Of a DNA stretch of 64,000 bases, positions 37,255 through 47,554 are shown one piece after another. The notes below the pieces were generated by a model. It made no database searches and had not been told where the DNA came from. It saw nothing but the letters and a program-made list of their open reading frames with translations. The DNA is from Haloarcula sp. Its GTDB lineage: Archaea > Halobacteriota > Halobacteria > Halobacteriales > Haloarculaceae. Position numbers and translations under genes: made by a program. How positions within the stretch are numbered: the first letter of the stretch is position 1; the number at the start of each line of letters is the position of its first letter. The stretch is from positions 16,629 through 80,628 of the forward strand of contig JBDGPY010000066.1 in the NCBI GenBank assembly GCA_042219425.1. The letters are read 5' to 3'.

Positions 37255-39435
37255 CTACGTTGCCAGGAGCTCAATGGGATGGCGCGGCTGTCGCTCCAGC
37301 AAGGCGTCAATCTGTTCGAGGCAGGAGGTCCCGCTGGCGACGACGGGCCTGTCTTTTATACCGTCGTCTTCCAACTGGGTCCGGAGTCGGTCACCGACAT
37401 CCATGCTCAGTTCGTAATAGTCGGACTTGTACCCGAAGCTCCCGGCCATGCCACAACATTCCACGTCGGATGTGACGATGTCGTAGCCACACTCTTCCAG
37501 TACAGTGACAGTATGGGCTTCGAGCCCGAGCGTCCGCTGCTGGCAGTGGCTATGATACGCGATTTCCGCGCCGGTGACGGTGGAGAGTGAGTCAACGGAC
37601 GCTCCATTGTCGAGCAATCCGAAGACGTATTCGAACACCTCGTAGCTGTTCCCAGCGATGTCGGTGAACGCCGACTCGTCGATGAGTCGCTCGTATTCGC
37701 GGGTGAACATCGCGAGGTCGCTCGGCTCGATAACGACCACGTCGCGGCCGTCTTCGATGTGCGGCCTGAGCGCCTCTGTGACACGTTCGGCGTGGTCGGT
37801 CGCCGTTGCGACCATCCCCTGTGACAGCGGCGCGCGGCCGCTGGATGGAACCGGTGGAACCTCCACGTCGACGCCCAGCGATTCGAGCACCTTCACTGCG
37901 GCTTTCCCGCGCTCGACCTGTACATGGTTCGTGTATAGATCCGGGTACAGTACCGCCCGGCGTTCGGGATCATCCACCTGTGTGTCACGGGAAGCAGCCC
38001 AGTCGACGAGCGTCTCCCGCTCGAACGTCGGAAGATCTCGCCTTGGGTCGATGCCCAGAACTCGGGACATCGTCCGCCGTGCGAGTGTCGTCTCGGCCAG
38101 CCAGTTCGACACCGGCGCGGTGGCGCTACCGAGCTTTGCGACGGTCTCGAAGTTCCCGAAGAAGCGCTTCTGCAGTGGTGCACCGTCGTCCTCTTCGTCG
38201 GGGGTGAGGCCATCGACGAGCCACTCCCCGGGTGCATCTTTGCCGCGGTTGATGCGGTCCCGGACGACGGTGTTGATCCACGGAATGTCGATACCGACCG
38301 GACAGGCGTTCACGCAGCGCGTACACCCGGTGCAGAGGTCGTTAAACTCCGCAGCCACGTCCAGCCCTTCGATGCCGGCCTCCCAGCCCGTCGCAATACC
38401 GCCCGAATACGTCTCCCCACCGAAAGCATGGCCGCCGACGCTCTGGAAGTTCGCACACGAGTTCGAACAGGCAGAGCACCGGATACAGTACAGTGTCTCC
38501 CGAAGCTGCTCGTCTTCTCGCATCTCCAGTCGGCCGTTGTCGATCAGCACGAGGTGGAAATCGCGGTCGGTATCAAATTCTGACAGCGGAGTTTCGTCGT
38601 CGGTGAAATCGACGACCGGCGTGTCAACTGGTGGAGTCAGCAGCGAGACGTACGACGTAATGTCCTGCCCGGTGCCCGACCGACCGATGAGTTCGATGAA
38701 CGGATGGAGGTCTGCAACTGTCGGAATGACCTTCTCGACGCCAGCGACAGCGACGTGTGTGTCCGTCGCGGCCACCGTCTTGCGGGCGTTACCCTCGCTG
38801 GTGACCAGCGCCATCGTTCCGGTATCGGCCGCGATGAAGTTCGCACCGGTAATGCCGACTTCCGCGTCGGCGATCTGCTCACCGAGTTTCTCGCGAGCGA
38901 AGTGGGTCAGTTCCTCAGCAGTCTCCAGTGGCTCATCGGGGTCAAACCGCTCGTTGAACAGTTCGGCGATACTCTCGCGGGACTTGTGGATGGCCGGGGC
39001 GACAATGTGGGAGGGAGCTTCGTCAGCAACCTGTAACACCCACTCGCCGAGGTCAGTCTCGACCACGTCCACGCCGTCGGCTTCCAGTGCCTCGTTTACC
39101 TCGATCTCCTCGCTGGTCATCGATTTACTCTTGACGACTCGGTCAGCCGCTCGCTCGTCGGCCACGTCGCGGATGTACTCGTTCGCGTCAGCGGCGTCGT
39201 CGGCGATATACACCGTCCCGCCGTTCGCTTCGACGGTCTCCGTTAGCTGGTCGAGTAGATCTGGAAGCTCCGCGATAGCGTCCTCCTTGATACTGCGGGC
39301 CGCTCGCTTGAGATCCTCGTAGTCCTCCAGATCCGAGACAGAGTCGTAGCGCCCTGTGTTGAACCCCTGCGTGTTCTCCGCGATTGCCGTACCTTCGGTC
39401 CGCATCAGTTCGCGGATTTCGTCCGCAGTCGCCAT
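37255..39435 (-). CDS. lutB: Lactate-utilisation Fe-S protein: LUD + 2x[4Fe-4S] + CCG domains (LutB-LutA fusion)
   Basis: KSKSMTSEE, ETDLGE, PSHIVAPAIH, CIRCSACSNSC, CTGCTRCVNACP, HSHCQ, CCGMAGSFG. Confidence 0.9.
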   Translation of the reverse strand: MATADEIRELMRTEGTAIAENTQGFNTGRYDSVSDLEDYEDLKRAARSIKEDAIAELPDLLDQLTETVEANGGTVYIADDAADANEYIRDVADERAADRVVKSKSMTSEEIEVNEALEADGVDVVETDLGEWVLQVADEAPSHIVAPAIHKSRESIAELFNERFDPDEPLETAEELTHFAREKLGEQIADAEVGITGANFIAADTGTMALVTSEGNARKTVAATDTHVAVAGVEKVIPTVADLHPFIELIGRSGTGQDITSYVSLLTPPVDTPVVDFTDDETPLSEFDTDRDFHLVLIDNGRLEMREDEQLRETLYCIRCSACSNSCANFQSVGGHAFGGETYSGGIATGWEAGIEGLDVAAEFNDLCTGCTRCVNACPVGIDIPWINTVVRDRINRGKDAPGEWLVDGLTPDEEDDGAPLQKRFFGNFETVAKLGSATAPVSNWLAETTLARRTMSRVLGIDPRRDLPTFERETLVDWAASRDTQVDDPERRAVLYPDLYTNHVQVERGKAAVKVLESLGVDVEVPPVPSSGRAPLSQGMVATATDHAERVTEALRPHIEDGRDVVVIEPSDLAMFTREYERLIDESAFTDIAGNSYEVFEYVFGLLDNGASVDSLSTVTGAEIAYHSHCQQRTLGLEAHTVTVLEECGYDIVTSDVECCGMAGSFGYKSDYYELSMDVGDRLRTQLEDDGIKDRPVVASGTSCLEQIDALLERQPRHPIELLAT

Positions 39436-39437
39436 TC

Positions 39438-39959
39438 TCAGGCCCCCTCCTCGACGATGATAACGTGGACCTCCTTGGGTCCGTGTGCGCCCTTGACCAG
39501 CGCGCCCATGTCGGCTGTCGCGCTCGGCCCCGTTGCGATAATCGCACTCCCACCAGTGTCGGTAAACCACTCGTCCAGTTCAGCTACTGCCGCCTCCATA
39601 TCAGGCTGGATGTCTGCCTCGTGAATGATAGCGACATGGCGCTCGACAAACAGGCTCACAAGTTCGCTGGCCTGTTCGGTCATCGAGAGGACGAGTGAGC
39701 CGTAGTCGCCGATACCGAATTCGGCCCCCGTTACGCCGGTGGTCGCCTCTCGAAGCGCGACCGGCGTTGGATCGACTGTTACCGGCGTCTCTGTGAGCGA
39801 AAACGACTCGTCCCCGCCCGTCTCGTCGAGCGCGACCCCGACTGCAGGCTCCGTGACTGCCTCTGTAACAGCGGCTTCGAGATCGGGCTCAGTCGTGCTG
39901 GAAACTGTGACGCCCAGGGCTTCGAGGGCGCCCTCGAACGACGCGCGTTTGCTTTCCAT
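39438..39959 (-). CDS. lutC: LUD-domain protein LutC
   Basis: TGPSATADM, GAHGP; directly upstream of lutB. Confidence 0.9.
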   Translation of the reverse strand: MESKRASFEGALEALGVTVSSTTEPDLEAAVTEAVTEPAVGVALDETGGDESFSLTETPVTVDPTPVALREATTGVTGAEFGIGDYGSLVLSMTEQASELVSLFVERHVAIIHEADIQPDMEAAVAELDEWFTDTGGSAIIATGPSATADMGALVKGAHGPKEVHVIIVEEGA

Positions 39960-40230
39960 CTCTGTGCGAACCGTAAACCTACATCATCATTTAGTTTTTG
40001 TCTGAACGGGTGTAAATCGGTGTTCAGATATCAGTTACCAGAATATATCCAAACCGCGTTTTTCTCACCGATAAGCTCCATAACTGGATGTGTCTATGAT
40101 GAATTTATTTCCGGATGATGCGTTGGTCTCGGTATAGCAGCCTCGACAGTGAGCGGTTGTTTTCGGAGCGAGGAATAACCGGGAGGAAAGGGGTTTTGTG
40201 GGTACTCTGAGAAACGCCGACAACGGACCG

Positions 40231-41235
40231 ATGGACGACCAACCCAGTGCACTCACAGATACAGAGATTGCGACATTACTTACACAAGGACAGAAAGGTG
40301 ACGCACTGACAGCACTTGAGCAGCTTTCAGCGGCCGGATCTGCTGACCAGCAGGCGTGCTTGCGGTCACTCAAAGCGGCTGCTGACGACCAGCCGGAACT
40401 GTTCGACGGCGTCCTACCATCACTCACCGAGTTTTTGCAGGACAGCGAGCGGCCAGTACGGCTCACAACAGCGAAACTGTTCGTCACGGTAAGCGAGAGC
40501 GCGCCGGACAGCGTGGTTCCGGTTGTTCCGACACTTGCCGAGCGACTGGCGGATGAATCGGAGTTCTACTACGTCCGCGCCCGGTGTGCAGAGGCGCTGG
40601 GCTACGTCGCCGTCGACCATCCCGACGCCGTCGTCTCACCTGAGGTCGTAGCAGACCTGCGTATCGGTCTAGAGTTCGACGAACCAGAGGTAAGAGAGAA
40701 ATTAGCGAAAGCTCTGGCCCACATCGCCCTGGGTAGTCCCGACAGACTCCGCTATCAGGTCGACTCGCTCGCCGAACACCTTCGAGCGGATAGCGAACTG
40801 GTCCGGTATCATCTGACTACAGCACTCGTCGTTATCGGCTGTGCGTGTCCCGAGCGGCTTACAGACGCCAGGGAAGCACTTGTCTCGTGTCTCGAGGACG
40901 AAAGCAGATATGTCCGTGGGCGGGCGGCCGAAGCGCTAGGTTTGCTTGCCGGCACTCATAATATGGAGTGGTTCCCGCAAGCACAGCTTGAGGATCTCAC
41001 CGTAGACGAAGAATTTGTTACAGAACGAGCACAGTTTGCCCTGTCGCAGTACCGCGGGGAGGACCCTGCTGATGGACTCACAGAAATAGCCACGAAGGAT
41101 GCGATTCGCACGCAATCAGCGGATATTGTCTCGGAAATCCGGGCTCCGGAAGTCGACGGTGAGTGCCCACACTGCGGACTCTCACTCCCCGAATCCGGTT
41201 CCCCACTATGCCCGGGCTGTGGCACCCCGCTGTAA
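40231..41235 (+). CDS. HEAT/PBS-lyase repeat protein with C-terminal zinc ribbon
   Basis: Repeated VR..AAEALG helices; CPHCG...CPGCG terminus. Confidence 0.8.
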   Translation: MDDQPSALTDTEIATLLTQGQKGDALTALEQLSAAGSADQQACLRSLKAAADDQPELFDGVLPSLTEFLQDSERPVRLTTAKLFVTVSESAPDSVVPVVPTLAERLADESEFYYVRARCAEALGYVAVDHPDAVVSPEVVADLRIGLEFDEPEVREKLAKALAHIALGSPDRLRYQVDSLAEHLRADSELVRYHLTTALVVIGCACPERLTDAREALVSCLEDESRYVRGRAAEALGLLAGTHNMEWFPQAQLEDLTVDEEFVTERAQFALSQYRGEDPADGLTEIATKDAIRTQSADIVSEIRAPEVDGECPHCGLSLPESGSPLCPGCGTPL

Positions 41236-41817
41236 GTAACACAGCCGGTTACCGGCAGTGCACACAGAAACCAGCACTATCCCCGTCCCTGACAGGGCGA
41301 CGGTTGCAGTCGATTATCTGGCGTTGCGTCGTCTGATGCCGGTACTTGGCATACGTGTCCGATTCTGTGTGAAACCGGGCGTACTAGTGAGGAATGCCGT
41401 CCCGGATGGGATACCCGTATATTCGGCAGTTCTATGCTTAGCTACGGCAGATATGCCTTGGAATACAGAGGTTATAGCGTTATCTTGCCTGAGACACACC
41501 AGTCGGAGGAAATAGCCGCTGCTGTGTCCAGCACGGCCGTCCTCGGCTACCGCCTTGCTATTCAAACCTGCTGTTTGTTCTTCTGTATAGAACAGTGTGC
41601 AATTGACAGCAGTAGCATTCACAGGACGATACTTGATCGCACAGTGAGAGAAGAGGACGAGTAAAGTGGCCCACGGTTTCTTTGCGAGATTATTTCTGAC
41701 GCCGAGGTATCCGTGGAATGTCTGTCAAATGTAACGGTCAGGCGTCACCGTCAGCGGTGCGTGGCAGAGATGTCCGTTCTGCAGTCTAACAGTGGTACGT
41801 CCGTTATTCGAGGGCCA

Positions 41818-42585
41818 TCAATTCGATGTGAGAGTCACCTGAATGGATTTTGTCGTACTGAGGACTTGCCCGGTGATATCTTCCCTGAGGTATCGGCCGT
41901 TCAATCGCTCGACAGGGCCAGAAATTCCCAGCGCGGCGATACGATTGTCTCTAACGTCAGGGAGTGGAGCGGCAACACCGATAATCCCTTCGTACTGTTC
42001 TCCTCTGCAGAACGCAATGCCGTCGTCGCGGATCCGGTGCAGTTCCTCGGTGAGTTCGTCTGGGTCGACAATTGTTGCGTCAGTCGGCGCAACGAGCTTT
42101 TTTTCACCGAGAATCGAGTCGACACGATTACTCGGGAGCGACGAAAGCAGTGCCTTTCCCGGAGCATTGACATGGAGTGGCAACCGTTCACCCGCGCGGA
42201 ACGGGACCGACCAGCCATCCTCGGGTTCGGAGATCGACACCGGGACACCGGCCGTTTCTTCGAGAACGAACAGTGTCGCTGTCTCCCCTGTTGCCGCCGC
42301 CAGATTATCCAGTTGCTGTTTCGCCGCCTGATAGAAACTGAGGTTGTCACGCGTTCTCTCACCCAGAGCCAGCGGGCGGAGCGACGCCTCATACTTCTCT
42401 GCACGCTTGACCACGTACCCGGCCGCACGCAACGTCGAGAGATGGTTGTGAGCGACGCTCTTGGAAACCCCGACTGTGTTCGCAAGCTCTGTTACGCCAG
42501 CAGGTCCAACCGCGTCGACAAGCGCCTCAAGGATGGCCACCGAAGTCTGGGTTGCTTCGACCGCATACTGTGGTTCATCGGTCAT
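41818..42585 (-). CDS. IclR-family transcriptional regulator
   Basis: GVTELANTVGVSKSVAHNHLSTL HTH, LPLHVNAPGKALL, GISGP. Confidence 0.93.
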   Translation of the reverse strand: MTDEPQYAVEATQTSVAILEALVDAVGPAGVTELANTVGVSKSVAHNHLSTLRAAGYVVKRAEKYEASLRPLALGERTRDNLSFYQAAKQQLDNLAAATGETATLFVLEETAGVPVSISEPEDGWSVPFRAGERLPLHVNAPGKALLSSLPSNRVDSILGEKKLVAPTDATIVDPDELTEELHRIRDDGIAFCRGEQYEGIIGVAAPLPDVRDNRIAALGISGPVERLNGRYLREDITGQVLSTTKSIQVTLTSN

Positions 42586-42618
42586 TGAACATTGTTTCAA
42601 CCCACCGCATCAAAAGTC

Positions 42619-42747
42619 TGTTCACTAGAGCAGAACATCAGTTCCCATGTGTTCCGGTGCCAAAGAACATTATACATTATTTATTGACTTTGGATAGATT
42701 GCTGCGGTTGCTGAATGCCGAAATTTATTCGTTCTTCTCTCCAGAAC
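42619..42747. promoter_or_regulatory. Three GTTC-N9/10-GAAC inverted repeats upstream of iclR (candidate operators)
   Basis: 42619-42637, 42650-42669 and 42731-42747; a fourth at 41576-41594. Confidence 0.5.
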
Positions 42748-42791
42748 AGATATGGTCGAATTGACGTAGCTCCGTCAGCGGTAGCATTCGC

Positions 42792-43826
42792 TCACTCGGA
42801 GCCGTCCGGAATGACTACTTTTTTCAGGCCCTCAGCGTTTCCCATCCGTTCAAACGCTGTTGGGAGGTCGCCAAGCCCGATCCGTTCGGTGATGAGCGTC
42901 TCGGCGTCAATGCGGTCGTGTCGGAGCAATGTGATCGCTCGCTCGAAGTCCTCGGTCGTCAGGGAGAACGAACCGCGGTAGTCGACCTCGTCGAAGAAGA
43001 CATCGAATGGACTGACTTCCATCGTTGCCTCCTGATCAGGGACGCCGAAGATGAGCGTCGAGCCGCCTGCCGCAGTCACAGCGTTGGCCTGCTTGATTGT
43101 CGGGACGAGTCCGATAGCCTCGGCGCCGACATCGACCGGTCCGCCAGCCGTCTCTGGTATCGCTTCCTCGGGATCTTCTTCGGTGGGGTCGACGACGGCA
43201 TCTGCGCCGAGGTCGGCAGCCAGCTCTCGCCGTTCGTCATCGAGTTCGGAAACCACGATTGGGGCAGCGCCCGCGTTGCGGAACGCCTGCAGGAGCAGCA
43301 AGCCAATCGGGCCAGCGCCGATAATACCGACACTGACTCCCGGTTTGATGTCAGCCTGCTCGACGCCGTGGACACAGCAGGCGAGCGGTTCGGCGAGCGC
43401 GGCCCGTTCAAAGGACATCTCGCCGATGTCCTCGACGTTGATCGCCGGGACGCGGACGTATTCAGCGAAGGCACCGTCGAGGATGGTGTCACCAGCACCG
43501 CCGATACTCGTGTTGTTCTCACAGAGGTGTGTCTCCCCCTTCTTGCAGTACGAACAGGCGTTACAGGGGACGGTGGGGTTGATTGCGACACGGTCTCCGA
43601 CCGCAAAGCGATCAACGTCGGCACCGACTTCGGCGACGGTCCCGGCACCTTCGTGGCCCAGGACCAGCGGTGTTTCGGCGGCGAAGGTGCCGTGGTACAT
43701 GTGATAGTCGGTCATGCAGACGCTACAGGCACCCACCTGAACGAGAACCTCGTCATCCGCAGGGTCCGGTCGGTCGCGGTCTTCCACAGTAATTTCGCCG
43801 ATATCGGTCAACGTGCTGGCGCGCAT
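42792..43826 (-). CDS. Zn-dependent (MDR) polyol dehydrogenase
   Basis: CMTD, GHEGAG, CNACSYC...C, EPLAC, GAGPIG. Confidence 0.9.
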   Translation of the reverse strand: MRASTLTDIGEITVEDRDRPDPADDEVLVQVGACSVCMTDYHMYHGTFAAETPLVLGHEGAGTVAEVGADVDRFAVGDRVAINPTVPCNACSYCKKGETHLCENNTSIGGAGDTILDGAFAEYVRVPAINVEDIGEMSFERAALAEPLACCVHGVEQADIKPGVSVGIIGAGPIGLLLLQAFRNAGAAPIVVSELDDERRELAADLGADAVVDPTEEDPEEAIPETAGGPVDVGAEAIGLVPTIKQANAVTAAGGSTLIFGVPDQEATMEVSPFDVFFDEVDYRGSFSLTTEDFERAITLLRHDRIDAETLITERIGLGDLPTAFERMGNAEGLKKVVIPDGSE

Positions 43827-44172
43827 CAGTCGTCCCCCGATGGTCGGCTCGCAGTCGTCACTACAGCGGTACCTCGGTCGTGAGTTGGTGTGGGTCGGGT
43901 CATGAGTGGTCTGGGCCGTAGCCCGTTGTCACTGGTCCAGCTAAGCTGGACGCACACAGCGGACTCAGCCTCGATCCGTACTATTGTATTTTTTGGACTG
44001 CGTATTAAAATCTTGCCACGGTCTCCCGTAATCCGGAGACAGGTGAATCCATAGTTCGAGGCGTCTCCGCACCGTATACTTCCAGTACTCGCGCAATGAG
44101 ACGGGTATTGTACCTTACAGATGATTACCTTTATTATGCATCGGTAATTCGATAGTGACGAGGCAAACTGGC

Positions 44173-45615
44173 ATGACCAACTCCAACAGGCGGACGTTTC
44201 TGAAAGCGACAGGTGTCGGACTACTCGGCGGTCTCGCTGGCTGTACACGAGGCGGCGATGGCTCAGACGGAAGCGGGAGTGACGGCTCGAATGATGGTAG
44301 CGGTGGTACCGATGGCGGAACCAGCACCGACGGAAACGACGGTGAACTCGCGATTCCGCTCAGCGAGTACGAGGACGCCGATATCGACTGGCGACAGTTC
44401 GAGGGGACCTCGATCAACATCGGAGCCGTCCAGCACCCCTGGGTTTCAGCCATCAAGCCGGCGGTTCCGGTCTTCGAGGAACTGACCGGAATCGACGTCG
44501 TCTGGAACGTCCTTCCCGAACAGCAGTTCCGGACCAAGCGCCAGACGGACGTCAGTACCGGCGCCGGGCAGTTCGACGTCTTCTACATGGACCAGGTCGT
44601 CAATCAGTTCCGAGAGGAGGGCTGGATACAGCCGCTCGATCCGTTCTTTGACGACGACAGCCTCTTCGACGAAGACTGGTACAAGCCCGACGATCTCTTT
44701 GAGGCGTCGCGGTGGCAGGCCCACGGTGGTGGCTACAGCGACACGTGGACCGGGATGCCGATTACCGTCGAAGTTCAGACGCAGTTCTACCGCAAGGACC
44801 TCTACAAGAAACACGATCTGGAGGTCGCCGAGACGCTCGAAGAATTCCGCCAGAACGCCAAGACCATCCACGAGAACGAGTCGGATGTCGTCGGCACCGT
44901 CGGCCGTGGCGACAAGGGTTACGGGATGAACATCTACATCCTGAACACGTTCCTGCGCGAGTTCGGCACCTCACTCTGGACCGAGTTCCCGACTGATTCC
45001 GGTCTCGACTCTGACGGCGTCATCAACGCCGCGGAGTGGTACGTCAGCCTGCTGCAGGACTACGGTCCCGAAGGCGCGTCCACGCAGACCTGGTCGGACG
45101 TACTCTCAACGATGCAGGAGGGCCGGGCTGGCCACATCGTCTCCGACGCAAATCTGTTCTGGCCCGGACTCACCGGCTCTGACTCCTCGGTCGCCGACAA
45201 CATCGGTATCGCGAAGGCTCCCAGCCCGGCTGACGGCCAGTTCTCGCCCAACGCATTCAACTGGCAGATTTCCACGTCCAAGAACGCACAGAACTCCGAG
45301 CAGGCGTTCCTGTTCATGGTGTGGGCGTCCTCACAGCCGACCAACACCTGGATGCATCTTGAGGGCGACGCCGCGTTCTCCGTCCGGCAGTCCATCTGGG
45401 AGAACGAGGAGTTCCGTTCCCGCGTGGGCGAGAACTTCGCGCAGGTCACGCTCGAGTCCCTGCAGGAAGCCGCGCCGGACCCCTTCGACCGGAAGTACCC
45501 GCAGTGGGGCCAGCGCTACTCCGAGGAACTGCAGCGCGCAATCGCCGGGCAGAAGTCCGCTGAGGAAGCGATGACTCAGGCGGCGTCCATCGCGGAAGAC
45601 ATCTACAGCAATTAA
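44173..45615 (+). CDS. CUT1 sugar/polyol ABC substrate-binding lipoprotein
   Basis: NRRTFLK Tat motif, LAGC lipobox, FEELTGIDV, YRKDL. Confidence 0.92.
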   Translation: MTNSNRRTFLKATGVGLLGGLAGCTRGGDGSDGSGSDGSNDGSGGTDGGTSTDGNDGELAIPLSEYEDADIDWRQFEGTSINIGAVQHPWVSAIKPAVPVFEELTGIDVVWNVLPEQQFRTKRQTDVSTGAGQFDVFYMDQVVNQFREEGWIQPLDPFFDDDSLFDEDWYKPDDLFEASRWQAHGGGYSDTWTGMPITVEVQTQFYRKDLYKKHDLEVAETLEEFRQNAKTIHENESDVVGTVGRGDKGYGMNIYILNTFLREFGTSLWTEFPTDSGLDSDGVINAAEWYVSLLQDYGPEGASTQTWSDVLSTMQEGRAGHIVSDANLFWPGLTGSDSSVADNIGIAKAPSPADGQFSPNAFNWQISTSKNAQNSEQAFLFMVWASSQPTNTWMHLEGDAAFSVRQSIWENEEFRSRVGENFAQVTLESLQEAAPDPFDRKYPQWGQRYSEELQRAIAGQKSAEEAMTQAASIAEDIYSN

Positions 45616-45651
45616 GTCAGAGCCACACCTGCGCCACAATAAATCCCACAA

Positions 45652-46584
45652 ATGAGTACACCAACGCAAACGGAAACGACACCCCAATCGACCTTCGCCA
45701 GGCTCCGGGACCTGTGGAACGACTACCTCCCGTACTGGTTCATGACACCGATGGTGGCGGTGATGGTGATGATCACCTTCTTCCCCGGTGCCTACGACCT
45801 GTATCTCAGCCTGATCGCGAAGCCGACACTCGACGTGTTCGCAGCCGACTTCGTCGGGCTGCGCAACTTCGAGTCGGCCATGACCCGCGGCGGCGCGATC
45901 CACTCGTTCGTCATCACGATTACCGTCGTCGTCAGCGCACTGCTCCTCGAAACTGTCCTCGGGTTCGTCCTGGCCGCGCTCGTGGCCGGCGTCGGCTCCG
46001 ACCGGGCGAAGTCGTTCTACCGGGTGTTGTTCATCATTCCGATGGCCGTCGCCCCCGTCTCGCTCGCGACCATCGGCCGGATCATGCTGAACAGCGAAAT
46101 CGGCATCATTCCGTACGTCATAAACACCGGAACGCCGTTCGCAGCGCCAAATTTCCTCTCTGAGGTCCCGCTGCTGACGGTGATCCTTCTTGACGCGTGG
46201 AACTGGACGCCGTTCATGTTCATCATCTTCTACGCCGGCCTCTCGTCGGTGCCGAAGACGCTTATCGAAGCGTCGCGCGTTGACGGCGCGCCGATGTGGC
46301 GGCGCTACGTCCACGTCATCATCCCTTATATGAAGCCGGTCGTGTTCGTTGCGACGCTCATCCGGTTGATCGACCTGTTCCGGACGTTCGGCGTGGTGTA
46401 CGGACTCACGGGCGGCGGTCCAGGGACGGCGACCCAGCTCGTGAGCATCAACATCTACGAACAGATGTTCATCAACAACCAGATCACCGTGGCCGCAGCA
46501 ATCGCCATCGTCTACCTCGTCCTCGTCGTTGCACTGTGTAACGTCATCATTGCGAAGGTCGGCTTCGAGGGGGTGTGGGACTGA
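45652..46584 (+). CDS. CUT1 ABC permease
   Basis: FVGLRNF, WNWTPF, EASRVDGA EAA loop. Confidence 0.95.
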   Translation: MSTPTQTETTPQSTFARLRDLWNDYLPYWFMTPMVAVMVMITFFPGAYDLYLSLIAKPTLDVFAADFVGLRNFESAMTRGGAIHSFVITITVVVSALLLETVLGFVLAALVAGVGSDRAKSFYRVLFIIPMAVAPVSLATIGRIMLNSEIGIIPYVINTGTPFAAPNFLSEVPLLTVILLDAWNWTPFMFIIFYAGLSSVPKTLIEASRVDGAPMWRRYVHVIIPYMKPVVFVATLIRLIDLFRTFGVVYGLTGGGPGTATQLVSINIYEQMFINNQITVAAAIAIVYLVLVVALCNVIIAKVGFEGVWD

Positions 46585-47462
46585 TGGCGACAACGGATAG
46601 CGACTCCGCGACCGCCTCACAGCGACTCGACAAGGATACGCGGGAGAAACTCATCACGGTGGTTCGACACACCATTCTCCTGACGTGGTCGTTCATCGTG
46701 CTGTTCCCACTGTACTGGCTCGCTTCGATGTCGCTGAAGCCGCCCGGAACGGCGAACTCGCTGCCGCCGGACTGGATCTTCCTGCCGACCGTGTACAACT
46801 ACATCCAGCTGTTCCAAGACTCCGGGTTCGTCTCGGCGTTCGCCAACAGTCTCATCATGGTGTCGGCGTCGGTCGTGCTGGTGCTGTTGATCGGCGTGCC
46901 GGCCGCGTACGTGCTTTCGCGGTACGACATCCCGATGGAGCGGGACGTGCTCGTGTGGATTCTCTCCTCACGGATGCTCCCGCCAATCGCCGTCGTGCTC
47001 CCATTCTTCATCATCTTCCGGGAGCTCAACCTGTTCGACACGCGAATCGGGATGGTGCTGATGTACGTCAGCATCAACCTCTCGCTCGTCGTCTGGGTGA
47101 TGAAAGCGTTCTTCGACGGCATTCCCGAGACGCTGGAAGAGGCGGCCCGGGTCGATGGCGCGACCCAGTTCCAAGGCTTCAGGAAGGTCGTCCTGCCGGC
47201 GGCCAAGCCCGGCATCTTCTCGGTCGCCATCATCAGCTTCATTTTCGCGTGGATCGAGCTACTGTTCGGGCTCGTGCTGACAAGCTTCGAGGCCGTACCG
47301 GTGACGCTGTTCGTCTACTCGTTCATCGGCTCCCGCTCCATCGAATGGGGCATGCTCGCGGCCGCCTCGACAGCGATGATCGTCCCGGTGGTCATCTTCC
47401 TCATCGCGGTCAACAAGTATCTCGCGGCCGGGCTCAGCTTCGGTGTGGTGATCAAAGAATGA
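46584..47462 (+). CDS. CUT1 ABC permease
   Basis: FPLYW, LEEAARVDGA EAA loop; TGATG coupling. Confidence 0.95.
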   Translation: MATTDSDSATASQRLDKDTREKLITVVRHTILLTWSFIVLFPLYWLASMSLKPPGTANSLPPDWIFLPTVYNYIQLFQDSGFVSAFANSLIMVSASVVLVLLIGVPAAYVLSRYDIPMERDVLVWILSSRMLPPIAVVLPFFIIFRELNLFDTRIGMVLMYVSINLSLVVWVMKAFFDGIPETLEEAARVDGATQFQGFRKVVLPAAKPGIFSVAIISFIFAWIELLFGLVLTSFEAVPVTLFVYSFIGSRSIEWGMLAAASTAMIVPVVIFLIAVNKYLAAGLSFGVVIKE

Positions 47463-47554
47463 CGACGCCGTCCGCACCACGACAGGTATCGCTCGCAAAC
47501 GACGCCCCTGCGGCGGCGGTAGCTTCAACTAGCCGCACATCGGAGGCAAAATAA
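47459..47554 (+). CDS. Putative bridging micro-ORF, 31 aa (MTTPSAPRQV...SEAK)
   Basis: ATGA overlap with the permease stop, TAATG overlap with the ATPase start, GGAGG SD in its 3' end. Confidence 0.4.
   Translation: MTTPSAPRQVSLANDAPAAAVASTSRTSEAK

Noticed and set aside
37658-39322. 554-aa + strand ORF and other long antisense ORFs (45331-46620, 55746-57131, 42918-43883)
   Set aside because: Ser/Arg-rich shadows of well-supported opposite-strand genes, expected in GC-rich DNA.
41258-41700. Short ORFs between the HEAT gene and iclR
   Set aside because: Not acidic, no motifs; no recognisable pseudogene.
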